From Saccostrea cucullata (taxonomy: Eukaryota), in NCBI RefSeq assembly GCF_032062105.1, contig NW_026921645.1, forward strand, positions 1 to 64,000: 64,000 nt of DNA, read 5' to 3'. The notes under the pieces are model-generated. The model saw nothing but the letters and a program-made list of their open reading frames with translations. It searched no databases and was not told where the DNA came from. The translations under genes and the position numbers were made by a program. Below are positions 1 through 12,619 of the stretch, one piece after another. How positions within the stretch are numbered: the stretch's first letter is position 1; every line of letters begins with the position of its first letter.

Positions 1-87
1 TGGAACTTTGTTCATTCTATTGTTCATAAATGTGGACATTTTGACCATGACAAAAACTTGGTTATACGTAATATGTATGCTATTAAC

Positions 88-3000
88 CTCCGAACTCTTT
101 CTACTCTCTGGTCGCTGACCGTTGGCTCCTTACCCCCGAAACCCCCCACGTCCTCGGGGTTGGCAAAGATCTGCGAAGAAAATAGCTTACAGGTAGTAAA
201 CAGTAAATAAATGTAGTAGACATGTATAGTAAATGAATTTTTATACATGCACTGAATGGTCAACAAATTTATACACGTGGTAAATTAACAATAACTTCAT
301 TTATACATGTAATAAATATACATGCTGCATCAGCATGGTTTACTTGCAGCAAAACTTTAATGTAATATACTGATCACAATGCACCGGCAGATTTTGAAGG
401 GGTGTGTTGCTGACCACCAACCCTAATATTTCCAAAATAAGTATTTAATTGAAGAGAAAATGAAATCGATAAATGTATAAAACACAGTGGGACAGTTCAC
501 TCAGATTGCAGAGATGCAGTCCATTTTTGTCTCAGTATATAGTGAAATCAGGTAATTTGGTAATGTATGAATAAAATTTGGCCTTGCCCCCCCCTTCTTA
601 CACCCCATTCATACGACGAAAATTTACTTATGTGTGCAAATTTACATATAAGTAAATCTACACACATAAGTAAAAGTTAATTTGCTATGCGTTCAGACTG
701 TTAGTAAATCCTCACGTTTTCATATAAACTAAGGAGATGGACAAAATTGTCTTTTTTTTTTTTTTTTTATAGAGAAAGGGTATTTCCTTACTGTTTGAGT
801 ATAAGACTAACTTTTAAATCTTCCTCAAAGAAACTGGGGGGGGGGGGGGGGTCCGTTCAACTGATTTTTGAGTACAACTTAATTAATGACTTTAAGGAGA
901 AAGAATGGTATAAGAATTTACACACAAAGAAGGAAAACTTTAAATTATCAATATGAGCTGCAAGATTGACATGGGAAAGTTTCATTGCAAATTTGTAATC
1001 AACTATTTCAATGATAGAAAAATATAACATTTATAAACTACAGTTGTTCATATTTGCGATGGAAGAACTTTTTTAAAGCTTTAATTGAAGAAAAATGACA
1101 TTATTGTCGTCCTGTGCATTATTGATTTCTTATATAATGCTATATAATCGATTGTACATAAGCATTTCTTTTGAAACAATTTAAAAATGTTATTTTGGTT
1201 TAATTATAAGGGTTTAAATTATATACAAATTAATAATAATAACACATTTTAATAGCAAAATAGTTTTCTCAAAAATACAGCTCATATTGCTTTATTGTTG
1301 GAAAATGTTTTGGCTTCCGTTCCAAATTTTGTAGAAGAGATTGTGTAAAGAAAAAGGTGACTTGCCATCTACTAGTTGATGTCTTCGACAGAAATAAGAC
1401 CAATTAAAAATATTTTTGCCGTTGGGAAATCTACAGTACATCAATTGTGCGAGGCCATTTTAAAATATTTGCTTGAATATTATATAAAAATTATGTATTT
1501 CCCAGTAGAATCATGTGATCGATCTCAAAAATCTTTGAACAATACAAATATGTTCAAAGGAAATTAACACACACCCCTGGACATGATGAGATTAGGTGCC
1601 AAGGAGGTTATTTACGAATGCTTATTTTCACTAGTTTATTGAAATTCCTGTAACATTAACTTATATATGAGTAGCTTGCTTGAATTAAAAACAGAGAAGT
1701 GTAGAAGAAAGTCATCAAGGGCTAAACGGTAATGGGGCCCGAGCGATTGATAGAATGAATGTTCCTATCATAGCTCCGGAGCATTCCCAAGAAGAGAACT
1801 TGAATAGAAAGGACACTACTTATTGATCCTACAGGGTACTTGTTTGCGACCCCAGCTATATTTTTAGAGACATAGGTTTGCCAGAATGGGTGCAAGATGC
1901 TCTCGTTTTTGCAAATTCGAAAATTTATCTCGGAGGGGACAACAGGCATATTCATAATATTTTGTTTCAATCGCAACTTGTTGGAAAATTTCCGACTACT
2001 TTCCAAAAACGACCTCGTATGTATACTCGATTCCCATTATATCGCGGGTTTCATTGTATCGCGGTATATCGCAAAAATGTGGATACATAGCCTATATTCT
2101 TTTTGTTGATAGACAATATGAATGTTGTCTGAATGTTTAATTTTTTGATGATTCAAAAAAGCGGAACATCCGTTTGAAAAAAAAATAAAACGAAATTTTC
2201 AGATTTCCAGTCCGGTTTTAATTATATTTAGACCATTAGAATTATAACCTCGTAAAAATTATAATAAAGTTCATCTTTTTAAGTCTTTAGTTTATACAAT
2301 TGTTCACTTTTTCATGTAGAATTACATCGTAAATTCAAAAATAAAAATTGAGGTCTGTGTCATTTACAAGTTTCCATGTATTCCCATAAGCGATACAATG
2401 AGACTTTCCAATTTAGGAGGTAAATAAGACTTCCTGTTTTAAAAATAGACCACAAATTAAACGATGCAAGCTTGGAAAATAATTGGACACTAAAAAGTTA
2501 GGCCAAAGTTAGAATTATAATTATCATTTGATGTAAGTTAAAATAAAAATTAGAAATGACACGTTTTATGCAAAAGAATTAAGTACCGCGATATAATGAG
2601 ACACCTGTATATATGGTAGACGCCATTACAACCCTCCCTTTTCACGATCTTTGAAATAAATGCATGGAGACCTTTTATCTGTGGAATATGGAGTTTAACT
2701 TTATTCAATGTAATGATATTACCTAAAACATATTTTGAAGGGAATTTTCAACCAATTCCATCCTATATTTGAATAAACAGGAAATGTATAAATTTTTAAC
2801 ATCCGGTGATGTTAATAATGGGTGCAAGAGGTTGTTTTTGCGACCTCTGACGGAAAGACCGGAGATGATGCGATTGAGTTTTGTTTCTAGCTACCAAGTC
2901 GCCCGTGTGGCGCAGTGGTTTGAGCGTCTGCTATAGAGTCGCGAAGTAAGGAGTTGCTCCTTACGTCGCGGGTTCGAATCCCATTGTTGGATGTGGCGAC

Positions 3001-4233
3001 CGGTCCTTCCGATGAGACCGTATATAAACCGAGGTTCCGTGTCGCAGTAGTTGCTGGCCAGCATGAAAAAGATCCCTCCCTGCTCAATGGCTCTGATTGC
3101 CGAGTATAGGACAAAATTTGCAGCTATCCACCGGTTAGTGATGAGGGAAAAATTCTCGAGAGGGACGGTAAACAATAAACAATCAATCAATCAATCTAGC
3201 CACCATGTTTACGGACTGATATTTTACACGCCAATGCATACACAACCGAAACAACACTTAAAATGGATATTTATGCAATAAACAAAACAAAATACATACA
3301 TAAGTAAATTTGCTGCGTGTTCATACGACACAATTTACACACATGAACTAATAATTTGCTACAAAGTGTATGCAAAAGTTAATTTGCACCTAGTCCTGAC
3401 CAGGTGTAAATTTACTCAACTGTGCAGAATTTGCATATGAGTATATCAGTTCATACGACAAAAATTGCACATGTGAGTAAATTTATACTGAGGTATGCAA
3501 ATCCTGTCGTATGAATGGGGTATTAGATTATAGAGTTTGGACAAGTTTCCTTTTCTTGCTTATCAACGTTTTTCCAGATGGGTTGAAATTGTTTAAGTGG
3601 CTTTCCCTCCTCCACCCCTTTTCATAAACGACCCATAAAAAAAAAAATTCATATCCCATCAAACCTATATGAATGCTTGCACCCGCTCCTGCAAAATAGT
3701 TGTCGATGCATGCGGCCTCACTCACAGTAATTGGTCTTTTTGAATAAATTAATGATTATAGCAAAAAATCGATGGATATTGAGAAACTGTTCACTCTAAC
3801 TGCGTGTCTTCCCTGAACAGAAAACTAACAAAGAACCATGTAACAAACATGACAAATTAAGCACCTTACAAGTGTTTAAATATTGTGACCTAATGTTACA
3901 AATCGTATGTACTTGTTTTTTAATAACGAAAGTGGGTCACATATTCCATTATGCGCTGCACAATGCTATATATTGTTTAGAGTTGATATAAATAGTACAT
4001 GCTGATAAAACGTAATGCATGTTAATCTTTTAAAACTGGTCTCTCGGCATTCTGTTGGAGAATATTGCGTATGATTGTAAATGCCCTCCTTGTCATTGAC
4101 CTACCTTATATGTAAGTCGTTGCCGCACAGTCAGTGCACTCATTAACAAAGTTTTTCCTAGGACAACACCCGAATAAAAGGCAAACCTCCCAAACAAAGG
4201 ATTATCATAGCTCAGCATAGGATGCATCGCCAT
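88..4233 (-). CDS. MGST1: Microsomal glutathione S-transferase 1 (MAPEG family), first two coding exons; the gene continues off the left edge
   Basis: Exon 4105-4233 = MAMHPMLSYDNPLFGRFAFYSGVVLGKTLLMSALTVRQRLTYK, donor GTAGGT. Exon 88-170 = IFANPEDVGGFGGKEPTVSDQRVERVR, acceptor TTCGCAG, donor GTTAAT. The FANPED and DxRVERVRR motifs and the intron positions match MGST1. Confidence 0.93.
1330..1940 (+). pseudogene. Harbinger (HARBI1-like DDE) transposase remnant
   Basis: Fragments STEIRPIKNIFAVGKSTVHQLCEAI (HTH), ARAIDRMNVPIIAPE..NRK and CDPSYIFRDIGLPEWVQDALVFANSKIY (cf. GWPGxVHDARVF), separated by stops and frameshifts. Confidence 0.85.
2897..3194 (+). mobile_element. tRNA-derived SINE with Deu/Nin-like central domain, nested in the Harbinger element
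   Basis: A box TGGCGCAGTGG, B box GGTTCGAATCCC, central GATGAGACCG..AAACCGAGG..AAAGATCCC and an (AATC)n tail. The 11-bp TSD is TCTAGCTACCA (2886-2896) / TCTAGCCACCA (3195-3205). Confidence 0.88.
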
Positions 4234-4782
4234 TCTCTGAGTCTCACCCTGTTCTTAATTGCTCTTCGGCTCTTGGGGCCCCGCGGTAGGTAATTCCCGC
4301 TGACGATACAATATTATCACAAACTTTAAATATTCTGTGGATTCGGTCTACTGAATATTAAAAAAAATATTGTCCATTTAATGTTTCGGTTCAATAATTG
4401 TCTTTTCTGAATGAAACTTTTCCAGTGAATTCATCGTGTCGTTCCGATACCCCCAAAAATTTACTCCGGAACAAAAAAAGTCAATCCGTTAATTTGCAAA
4501 ATATGTTAATTAATATACCTATACCTCAATGATAAAGATGTCTTCGAATTGACCATAAAAATTGCTAAATAATACTTATTATGTAAATAACATATATTTT
4601 AGCCATGCAGGCCCTATCTCCCTCTCCTATCACAAAAATTAAAGTGAACGTTCCCGAAAATTTGAACAGACAACACTATACAAAGAAATATTTTCTCTCT
4701 GTGATAACTCTTTGAAAGTTAGCGGAGTTAATTTCTTGATAATTCTACCGGAATGTAAATTAGGCAGGTCAATATGTCAGGA

Positions 4783-4901
4783 GCTAAGGAGGCCTAATAT
4801 GCATGCAAATCTCGTGCGCATCTGTCTCTGAGTCTGATGCTAAGGAGGCCAAATACAGTATGCATGAAAATCTCGTGCGGCTGCCGTTGTGTTTGACGTC
4901 A
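4783..4901. promoter_or_regulatory. Putative MGST1 upstream regulatory region: ~56-bp tandem duplication with an octamer-like site, plus a CRE
   Basis: Two copies of GCTAAGGAGGCC..ATGCATG(C/A)AAATCTCGTGCG, the first with a perfect ATGCAAAT. TGACGTCA at 4894-4901, ~0.6 kb upstream of the ATG. Confidence 0.35.
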
Positions 4902-5010
4902 GTGGGCGAGGACTATTGAAATTGGGATGGGAATCCTCATGTAATTTAAATTAATGCCTGCATTTTTAAAGTCTAAATCTAGAATTTTATTTCACAATGA
5001 AATGGAAATA

Positions 5011-5116
5011 TAAGGAATCACTGTCTAGTTAGTATAGTATGCCAGGGACATCAACAATAGTGGGAAACATTTGTTGATGCCCTGGCATACTATACTAACT
5101 AGACAGTGATTCCTTA
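5011..5116. mobile_element. 106-bp palindromic MITE / hairpin
   Basis: TAAGGAATCACTGTCTAGTTAGTATAGTATGCCAGGG(A)CATCAACAA pairs almost perfectly with 5071-5116 around a ~13-nt loop. Confidence 0.75.
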
Positions 5117-5572
5117 AATAAATACTGCTAGATTATGGGCGAAATGCAATTATATAGAACAATCAGTTGTACGGTACATATATAGTCATGTAGCCCTCCC
5201 CCTCCCTCCCCCTTTGAGCTAAGGCCCTTGATTGTTGAATAAATACATATAAATTTTAACACTTCACAATTATTTATACACGTTTTCAGTATACATTGCA
5301 CATATTATTTTTTTTTTGATTATCCCCCCACAAAAAGACACCCCCCCCCCCGGAAAAAATCTAGCTTTTTCGATGTTTTCGCGTTGTGATGAAATTTTGA
5401 AATGTAGGTATCGTTTGGCATTTTGATATATGCCCATGCCTTGACAATGGCTCTGGGTTTTTAGTTGCTCAGTCTTGTTTGAATCTTCTTTCTTATTCAA
5501 TTAATTTACTTTATTGACAATTACCATGTCGGCATACATTCATAAACATTAATTTATTAATAACGTAACAAA

Positions 5573-5829
5573 AACAAGATGTGTTTATGAAACACTGATG
5601 CCCCCGTATGGCAACAAATCGAAGATTAAACTTTTCTTAAATGCAAACTCACTGGAAATACAATTCTGAAATATGAAATCAAGCCAGGGTTAGTTTGGAA
5701 ATCTCCAAGCACAAGGTCAAAAGATCAAAGCAATTGGTATCCAATGAAATGTCTTGCCACAAAAAATACATTTGTGAAGTATGGAAGCCCTAGCCCTAAC
5801 CCTTCAAAAGTTATGGCAAAGGTTAAAAA

Positions 5830-5860
<31 letters not shown>

Positions 5861-6940
5861 AGGGTCAAAGGTCTTGCTATCAAATGTAAGGTCTTGTCAC
5901 AAGGATTAAATATGTAAAGTATGAAAGCACTAGCCCTACCTTTAAAAGTTATGGTCAAGGTTTGCTTTTTAAAAGTAGGTCATACTCCAAGGTCAAAGGG
6001 TCAAAGTTTTGGTATCCAATGAAGGGTCTTTTCACAAGGATTACATTTGTATAGTATGAGGTCACTAGCCCTTAACATTCAAAAGTTAAAGCCAAGATTA
6101 AAGTTTTTTCATAAGTACGAAAATCTCCAAGGTCAAGGTCAAAAGATCAAGGTAATTGGTGTCCAATGAAATGTCTTGCGTTGCCACAAAGAATACGTAT
6201 GTAAAGTATGGAAGCCATAGTCCTAACGTTTAGAAATTATGGCCAAGGTAAAAAAAAAATTAAAAAGTAGGTCAGACTCCAAAGTCAAGGTCAAGGTCTC
6301 TAATTGCTATCAAATGTAAGTTCTTGTCACAAGAATTGAATATGTAAAGTATGAAAGCACTTGCCCTAATCCTTTAAAAGTTATGGTCAAGGTTTGCTTT
6401 TTTAAAGTAGGTCAAACCCTAAGGTCAAGGTCAAATGGTCAAAGTTCTTGGTACCAATGAAGGGACTTCTTACAAGGATTACATTTGTGAATTATGAAAG
6501 CCCTAGCCCTTACCATTCAAAAGTTATGGCCAAGGTTAAAGTTTTTTCATAAGTACGGAATTCGTCAAGGTCAAAAGGTTAAGATTGTTGATATCCAATG
6601 AGAAGCCTTTCCACAAAGAATACATGTGTGAAGTATAAATGTCCTGGTATCTACTGTTCAAAAGATATGGTAAAAGTAAAAGTTTGGATTTTTGTGTAAA
6701 AGTGGGTCAAACCCCAAGGTCAAGGTCAAAAGGTCAAATTTGGTGGTACCAAGCGAAAGGTCTTGTCACAAGGAGTACGCATGTGAAATATGAAAGTCAT
6801 AGCTCCACTAAATCAAAAGCTATGAGCAAGGTTAAAGTTTTTGCGGACAAACAGACAAACAGAGAGACAGCTAGACAGACAGACGGACGGACACGACAAA
6901 AACTATACACCCCCGAAACTACGTTTACGGAGGCATAATT
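5573..6940 (-). mobile_element. Non-autonomous Helentron/HINE (pearl/DINE-like) with an internal ~150-bp tandem array
   Basis: About 8 repeats containing CAAGGTCAAGGTCAAA and GGTCTTGTCACAAGG. (ACAG/ACGG)n microsatellite and subterminal hairpin at 6845-6940. Other end AACAAGATGTGTTT..GATGCCCCC. Confidence 0.85.
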
Positions 6941-7352
6941 AACACGATTAATACATGCATAATTGCACATACAAAGTAACAAGTATGAGGGGAAGAAAAT
7001 ATTGTATATTTCTCGATATTAATATTCATTTTTGACTTTCTTTTCTCAGGTCCTGTTTCTGGTGTCAAAGCACTAAGATCCTTCTAGCAGTTGAAACATT
7101 TGTAGGATTGACAATTTTTCTAATGGGGTTATCAATAATGTATGTGTTTACATTAAATATATACATGTAATTGCATCTATATTGGTCATACTATGGACAA
7201 TAAAGAACAAAATGCTTTTCGTCTTCAAATAACAATTTACATGAATACCAATCTATAGGAATAGGGGGTTTACAGTATCAACCCGTTTCAATATACTAGT
7301 ACAGTGCATGGATTGGCACTGCTCCTTAATTTTGTTAATAAAGATCTACAAC

Positions 7353-7950
7353 TTTTTATGCGACGGGATCGAAAGATCCGAGGCGTATATTGTTTTTGTC
7401 CTGTCTGTCTGTCAGTTTAGCTGTTTATCTGTTTGTCTGTTTGTCTGCAAACTTTAACCTTCGCCATAACTTTTGAACCATGAATGGTTGAGTCTTCATA
7501 TTTAGCATGCATACTCCACTAATTAAGCTCTTTCAAATGACACCAAGGTCAATGACCTTGTGACCTTAACTGTGACCTATATTCTAAAAATAGTTTTTTT
7601 CTGCAAACTTTATCCTTCGCCATAACTTTTGAACCATAAAAGATAGTCTTCATATTTGGCATGTATATCCACTGATTAAGCCCTTTCACACGACACTAAG
7701 GTCAATGACCCTGTGACCTTGACTGTGTCCCATGAGCTAAAAATAGTTTTTTTTTAACCTTCACCATAACTTTTGAACCATGAGAGATAAAGACTTCATA
7801 TTTGGTATGTATACTTCACTAATCAAGTTCTTTCAAATGACACCAAGATCATTGACTTTGTGACCTAGACTGTGACTTATATGCTAAAAATATGCTTTTT
7901 CGAACTTTGTTGCCGCCGGGCGCATAGTGTTTCAAAAACATATCTTGTTT
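7353..7950 (+). mobile_element. Non-autonomous Helentron/HINE with ~3 x 155-bp repeats
   Basis: Starts TTTTTATGCGACGGGATCG.., then a (TCTG)n tract and repeats of CCATAACTTTTGAACC..AAGGTCAATGACCTTGTGACCTT. Ends GCCGCCGGGCGCATAGTGTTTCAAAAACATATCTTGTT. Confidence 0.85.
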
Positions 7951-8555
7951 TCAAAGGTAGTTTTAAATAACCGCAATTTGTACTCATTTTGATTCACAAT
8001 TTTGCTATAAAAAGCTAACTTCCCAAAGTCTGATTTGCTAACAGTGTTCATATATCTTGTTTTGGTAATGCTCTATCAAAATAAATTCAAAATCAAAATT
8101 ACGCTTAAGTAACGTCAGTGTTTCTATTCTTGTGGTCGAAAAAAAAAATACTGCGAGACAATTTAATTACTTTATGTATATAATCATTTTGTAAACAGTA
8201 TAATATGAACAGAGATGAACTGATTAATGCATTATATTATTGAGCTTATTTTAAGAACGCGATTCAAGACTGTAAGGATTCGCATAGCCTTTTAGAATGC
8301 ATTTTCAGGATAATAAAACTTTACAGTGATTTTCTTTCAACATGTTATCATTTAAATTGCAGATGTTCAAAGAATAATGCTTTTTTCGCAATTTTTCATA
8401 TATGAAATCAATTGAAATGTACATGTATTTCATTTTCTACAACAGCTTTACAACACTGACAAAAACGATATTCTTTTGGGATATATTGTCTCAAGCCGCG
8501 GTTCGTAGTCCGCATAATAGCTCTCTCCAGGATGGGAGAGGATCATACATTTTGG

Positions 8556-9458
8556 GGTGTGTTCCCCGAATGGCTACTGGAATAAAACAACAAGTAATTA
8601 TCACACTCAATTAAGGGGCCCTCTAAGGGGTAGAGGTAGACTTACCTGTCTTTACCTGGATAAGCAATATTTTGTAAATCAGATTTATTCATTCAATTAT
8701 ATTTTAATTCAGAGGGTTTTCTATTTTCCGAAATATACTGAATAAAAATATATATAAATATAAGTAGATAAAATTAAGATTTAAGAAAAGTGAAATTTTT
8801 ATGGTACCTTTAATTTATTTTTTTCCCCAAATTATTAATAGTATTGATTGAGAACTTAAAAATTATTATCCCTTTTTGTGCTACATTTTCAAACTCTTTT
8901 AGATAAATTAACACAAGTGGTTTTTTTTTAAATATTATACCGGTAGATATATATGTATGATAAATAAAGTGTTTCTATAAAGTTTTGTTTAATTCATTTT
9001 ATTTATCTATCATTTTGAATTATCAAAACATTCTATTAAATAATCATAAAATCCAGATGAAGTTTATGAACTTCTTCACCTTTCATAGCAATCCTTTAGT
9101 TGCAAAGAAATATACGAAGATGGACTAAACAAATTGTAAATATGTTTTATATGAAAGTGAAACAGTGTTATCTCATATATAATGTGAAATCAGTGCTGCT
9201 AATCAATAGAACTTCAAGATAATTTATAGTTTTTAATATGATTTGTGCTTGTAAAATTATTTATTTAAAAAATATGTATACAAAATATTTATATAGTGCT
9301 CAAATTAAAATAAAATGAGATGAATTTCCATTTTATTTTGTTTCAATTATGGTAGATTATTCATACCGGTAAGTCTACCTGTACCCCTTAGAAGGCCCCT
9401 TAATTGAGTGTGATAATTACTTGTTGTTTTATTCCAGTAGCCATTCGGGGAATAAACC
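8556..9458. mobile_element. MITE with ~90-bp TIRs and an AT-rich interior (MuDR/hAT-like)
   Basis: 8556-8647 is the inverse of 9366-9458. 8-bp direct repeat CATTTTGG at 8548-8555 and 9459-9466. Confidence 0.82.
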
Positions 9459-9721
9459 CATTTTGGACGTGATTTGCGACAATCTTGGGATACAAAGCTT
9501 TAATATTGAACTTCTGTCTGTTTCAATTTTTGAAAATGTGCACAAATTCTAAGTTTTTTAAAGAACGAAAATATTTATTAATTGGAAATTTCAAGTAGTC
9601 TTGTGATTTATAGTTCTTTCTAATTTGACTGCAAATAATAATTTACCACTTTTGGAAAATTCGATGTTCTGAAGTAGCAAACTAACCTGCGTTTTCATGT
9701 ATAGAAATTCTTCAAGCTACT

Positions 9722-10270
9722 GTAGCTGCAGAACTGTAGCGTTATGGTTTTATACTTGTCTTTGACCATAACGCTACAGATCCCGTAATGCAAAAAGGTG
9801 CAATTTACGGCGCAATATTTTTTGCGCGCTTTTTGGGAGAATTTCTCCACTTTCTAGCATTGGTTAATCAACTACCTTTCACTCCCTAATTCTAGACACA
9901 TTCTGTAGCCAATATTTATATTTTATCCACCTCCCAACCATCTATAGACTTTGTCGCTATAGGCAATAAACTCGCTTGAAGTGATTTTTTAGCAATCTAA
10001 CATATAATTTTAGTCAAGTGAGTTTATCACTTGTAGAAACGACTATAAAGGGTAGGTATGGATAAAATATATAGATTAGTTAAATAATGTGTCTAGAATT
10101 AGGGAGTGAAAGGTAGTTTATTGACCGATGCTGGAAAGTGGAGAAATTCTCCCAAAAGTGCGCAAAAAATATCGCGCCGTAAATTGCACCTTTTTTGCAT
10201 ACGGACTCTGTAGCGTTATGGTCAAAGACAAGTATATATAAAACCATAACGCTACAGATCTGCAGCTACT
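9722..10270. mobile_element. Foldback element with ~180-220-bp inverted arms, each containing its own hairpin
   Basis: 9722-9902 is the inverse of 10087-10269. Each arm carries CTGTAGCGTTATGG..CCATAACGCTACAG. No clear TSD. Confidence 0.75.
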
Positions 10271-10460
10271 GCTAAATGTGCTATCAGTAATATCTAATGA
10301 CGAAAGTTTAAGATTCTTTTCAAATTTATGAATATGACTCTGCAAATTATCCTTTACACCATAATTTTATACGTTGTAATTTCCTAAGAGAAAAAACAAC
10401 AAGATTTCTAATTCCATTTTTATTATGAGCAATCAATTACATCGGGTTCGATGATCGTTC

Positions 10461-10496
10461 TGCGCATGCGCATTACAGCCGCGAGGAGCCGGAAAA
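10461..10496 (+). promoter_or_regulatory. Putative promoter of the NKRF-like gene: NRF1 site plus ETS core
   Basis: Perfect NRF1 palindrome TGCGCATGCGCA at 10461-10472 and CCGGAA at 10489-10494, in a local CpG-rich patch ~2.1 kb upstream of the ATG. Confidence 0.55.
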
Positions 10497-12619
10497 TTAT
10501 CAACATTTGATTTGGTGTAATTATTTTTTTATTCATCAACATATCTTTTGTAAACACCATTTTATTTGACTCTTTATCTTTTAGCAAATTAATTGATAAT
10601 ATATTTGTCATTTTCTTATCGAAGTTATTCATCATGGACAACGAAAGCAACGATTCAGTTGTTGCAAAATATTTAACGATTGACAGTTTTGATAATTGTG
10701 ACAAGTCTCTGTTTTGTCCGTGAACTATATTCTGTATACATATACCTGCTGGAAACACCTTACTTGAATATTGTTTTCTCCATTTATTAAGTATGGCGAT
10801 AGCATTTTTACATTTTAGACCTAACAAGATTTACTTGAGGCATGTTTATAAATAATATGTCAGATAAGTTCAAAGATGTGTTTGAGGCAAGTGCTCACAT
10901 TAAGTGGCTCAATTATTCTTTTAAACAGATGGAATATTTGTTGAACTTTTGAAATCAATTCCATACAAATAGAATTTGTGTGGAATTCTTTCAAAATGCA
11001 CATACAGATATTTATAAAAAATATCATTCCCTACACACATAGACTACATCAAGGCTAAAACAAACTTTTCACTCTAAAATGAGGCATACATACAAAACAC
11101 AAAATATTATCAATGATTTATTTATAATAGGAGCACATTCATATAAGGATAATAACATAATAGCCACTAAAAATGTCACTATGCTAAAATGCTGCATACT
11201 TTTGCATCTTTGAAAATAAAACCTGAAGAAATTTTTAGAACTGGCAGCAAGAAATCATGATATAGACACGTTATGGGATAGAATTCAAAGTGTTTTATGT
11301 ACATGAGTATCTTTTGCCATTTTCTCATTGACCAATATCCCATTTTTTACCTAGTGTAGTGCAGAATTTTTCATTTTGTTAAAATTGTTTTATTCTTTCA
11401 CTACACATTTCCATGTTTTGTATGCAGTGAGTGTTGAAGATGAATTTGATGTTTAACAGGTTATGCAGATAAGGAAGAACTGTTTATGATTTCCATGACA
11501 ACTCCTTTAACTGCTTGCTGAAGGTATAAACTGCACCAGAGTAAATCAGCCAACACATTTCTATGCCCGATCCCTAGAAGTAATTGGACATCATTTCCTC
11601 TGGTTCAGTCCATTGCATGCTTGGTCCTGACATTGAGGCAAAGAATTCCATTTTGGAATGCTCTCATGTCATGGCCTTGGATTAAGTCAGCCTACACATG
11701 GAATGCTTGAATGGATATTGTGGTCAAAATAAGATATTCATTAAGCATCCCATCAGATGAATCTTCAGTGGTGAAACTACATGACAACTTGTAAATGAAA
11801 TATTTCTTCAATGACCAAAATAAAAAAAAAAATGTGGAAGATTTTACAACATGTTTTTCTAAGAAAGAACAGAGAATTATATCGTGAAGGATTACAATTG
11901 ATTTTTTTCACATTTGTATTCTCTTTCTTCTTGAAAAGCATTTTGTTAATATGGTCATTGAAGAGATATTTCTCAACTGGTTTGTAAAAGGTGAAAGAGG
12001 TAATGTGCTAGTCACAGGGTTTTACACGTCTTAGCACATTTTATCGTGTGAATAGTGCAGAATAAAAAACATGGGCTGGGTGCATTCAAAATCCATTCAA
12101 AGTAACTTTCTGACTGCCATGCAGGTAAGTTGGTGGAGACACTTCCCGTGACTCCATCTTATCTTCAGGGAAAGTCTCAAAGCTTGAAAAAAACTTACTC
12201 TATTGGTTGTTGTTCAAGGGCATTGCTCAAAAATCCATGCAACAACTAATAGGTAAAAAAAAAAGGACCAACATTTGTGTTGGGGAATAAGATTCAGATT
12301 TAATTACCATAATTCTAAAATATATTTATATAACTATTAAAATTTTAATACTTTGGATAGCAGTGAGAATTTCCTGGATTTGAGCAAGCACCTGCAGACT
12401 TTTCAAAATGAAAACTGTTGGCTCAAGGTAAGAGAGAAGATCACATAATGTTAATCATGTCAAGGTCTGTAGGATTTGTAAAAATCTGTATAATGTCTCT
12501 TTTTTTTTTTATTTTTTATTTATTTGAAATACATATAATTGATTAAAATGATAATGAATTTTATAAGTGTTTGGAAAAGTGCATGTTAAATGGTATGATT
12601 ATAATTAGAGAAAGGGAAA

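Larger units (their letters stand above)
601..3522 (+). mobile_element. Decayed PIF/Harbinger DNA transposon in MGST1 intron 1
   Basis: 17-bp TIRs: CACCCCATTCATACGAC (601-617) and GTCGTATGAATGGGGTA (3506-3522). TTA TSD at 598-600 and 3523-3525. Encloses a transposase remnant. Confidence 0.88.

Noticed and set aside
2897-2995. tRNA gene or suppressor tRNA (also the CTCTAGA at ~22010)
   Set aside because: There is no proper anticodon stem, and the 2897 copy continues into a SINE body with a tail and TSD.
5573-7950. Regularly spaced repeats as a CRISPR array; ORF 6639-6938 as a gene
   Set aside because: The whole ~150-bp unit repeats without unique spacers. The context is eukaryotic, there are no cas genes, and the ends are typical of HINEs.
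10423-10827. 134-aa minus-strand ORF as a gene
   Set aside because: It has a non-ATG start, AT-biased composition and no motifs, and it overlaps the putative promoter.
11595-11705. Possible H/ACA snoRNA (hairpin followed by AAAGAA)
   Set aside because: The second hairpin and a terminal ACA could not be placed convincingly by eye; an Infernal/snoReport scan is needed.
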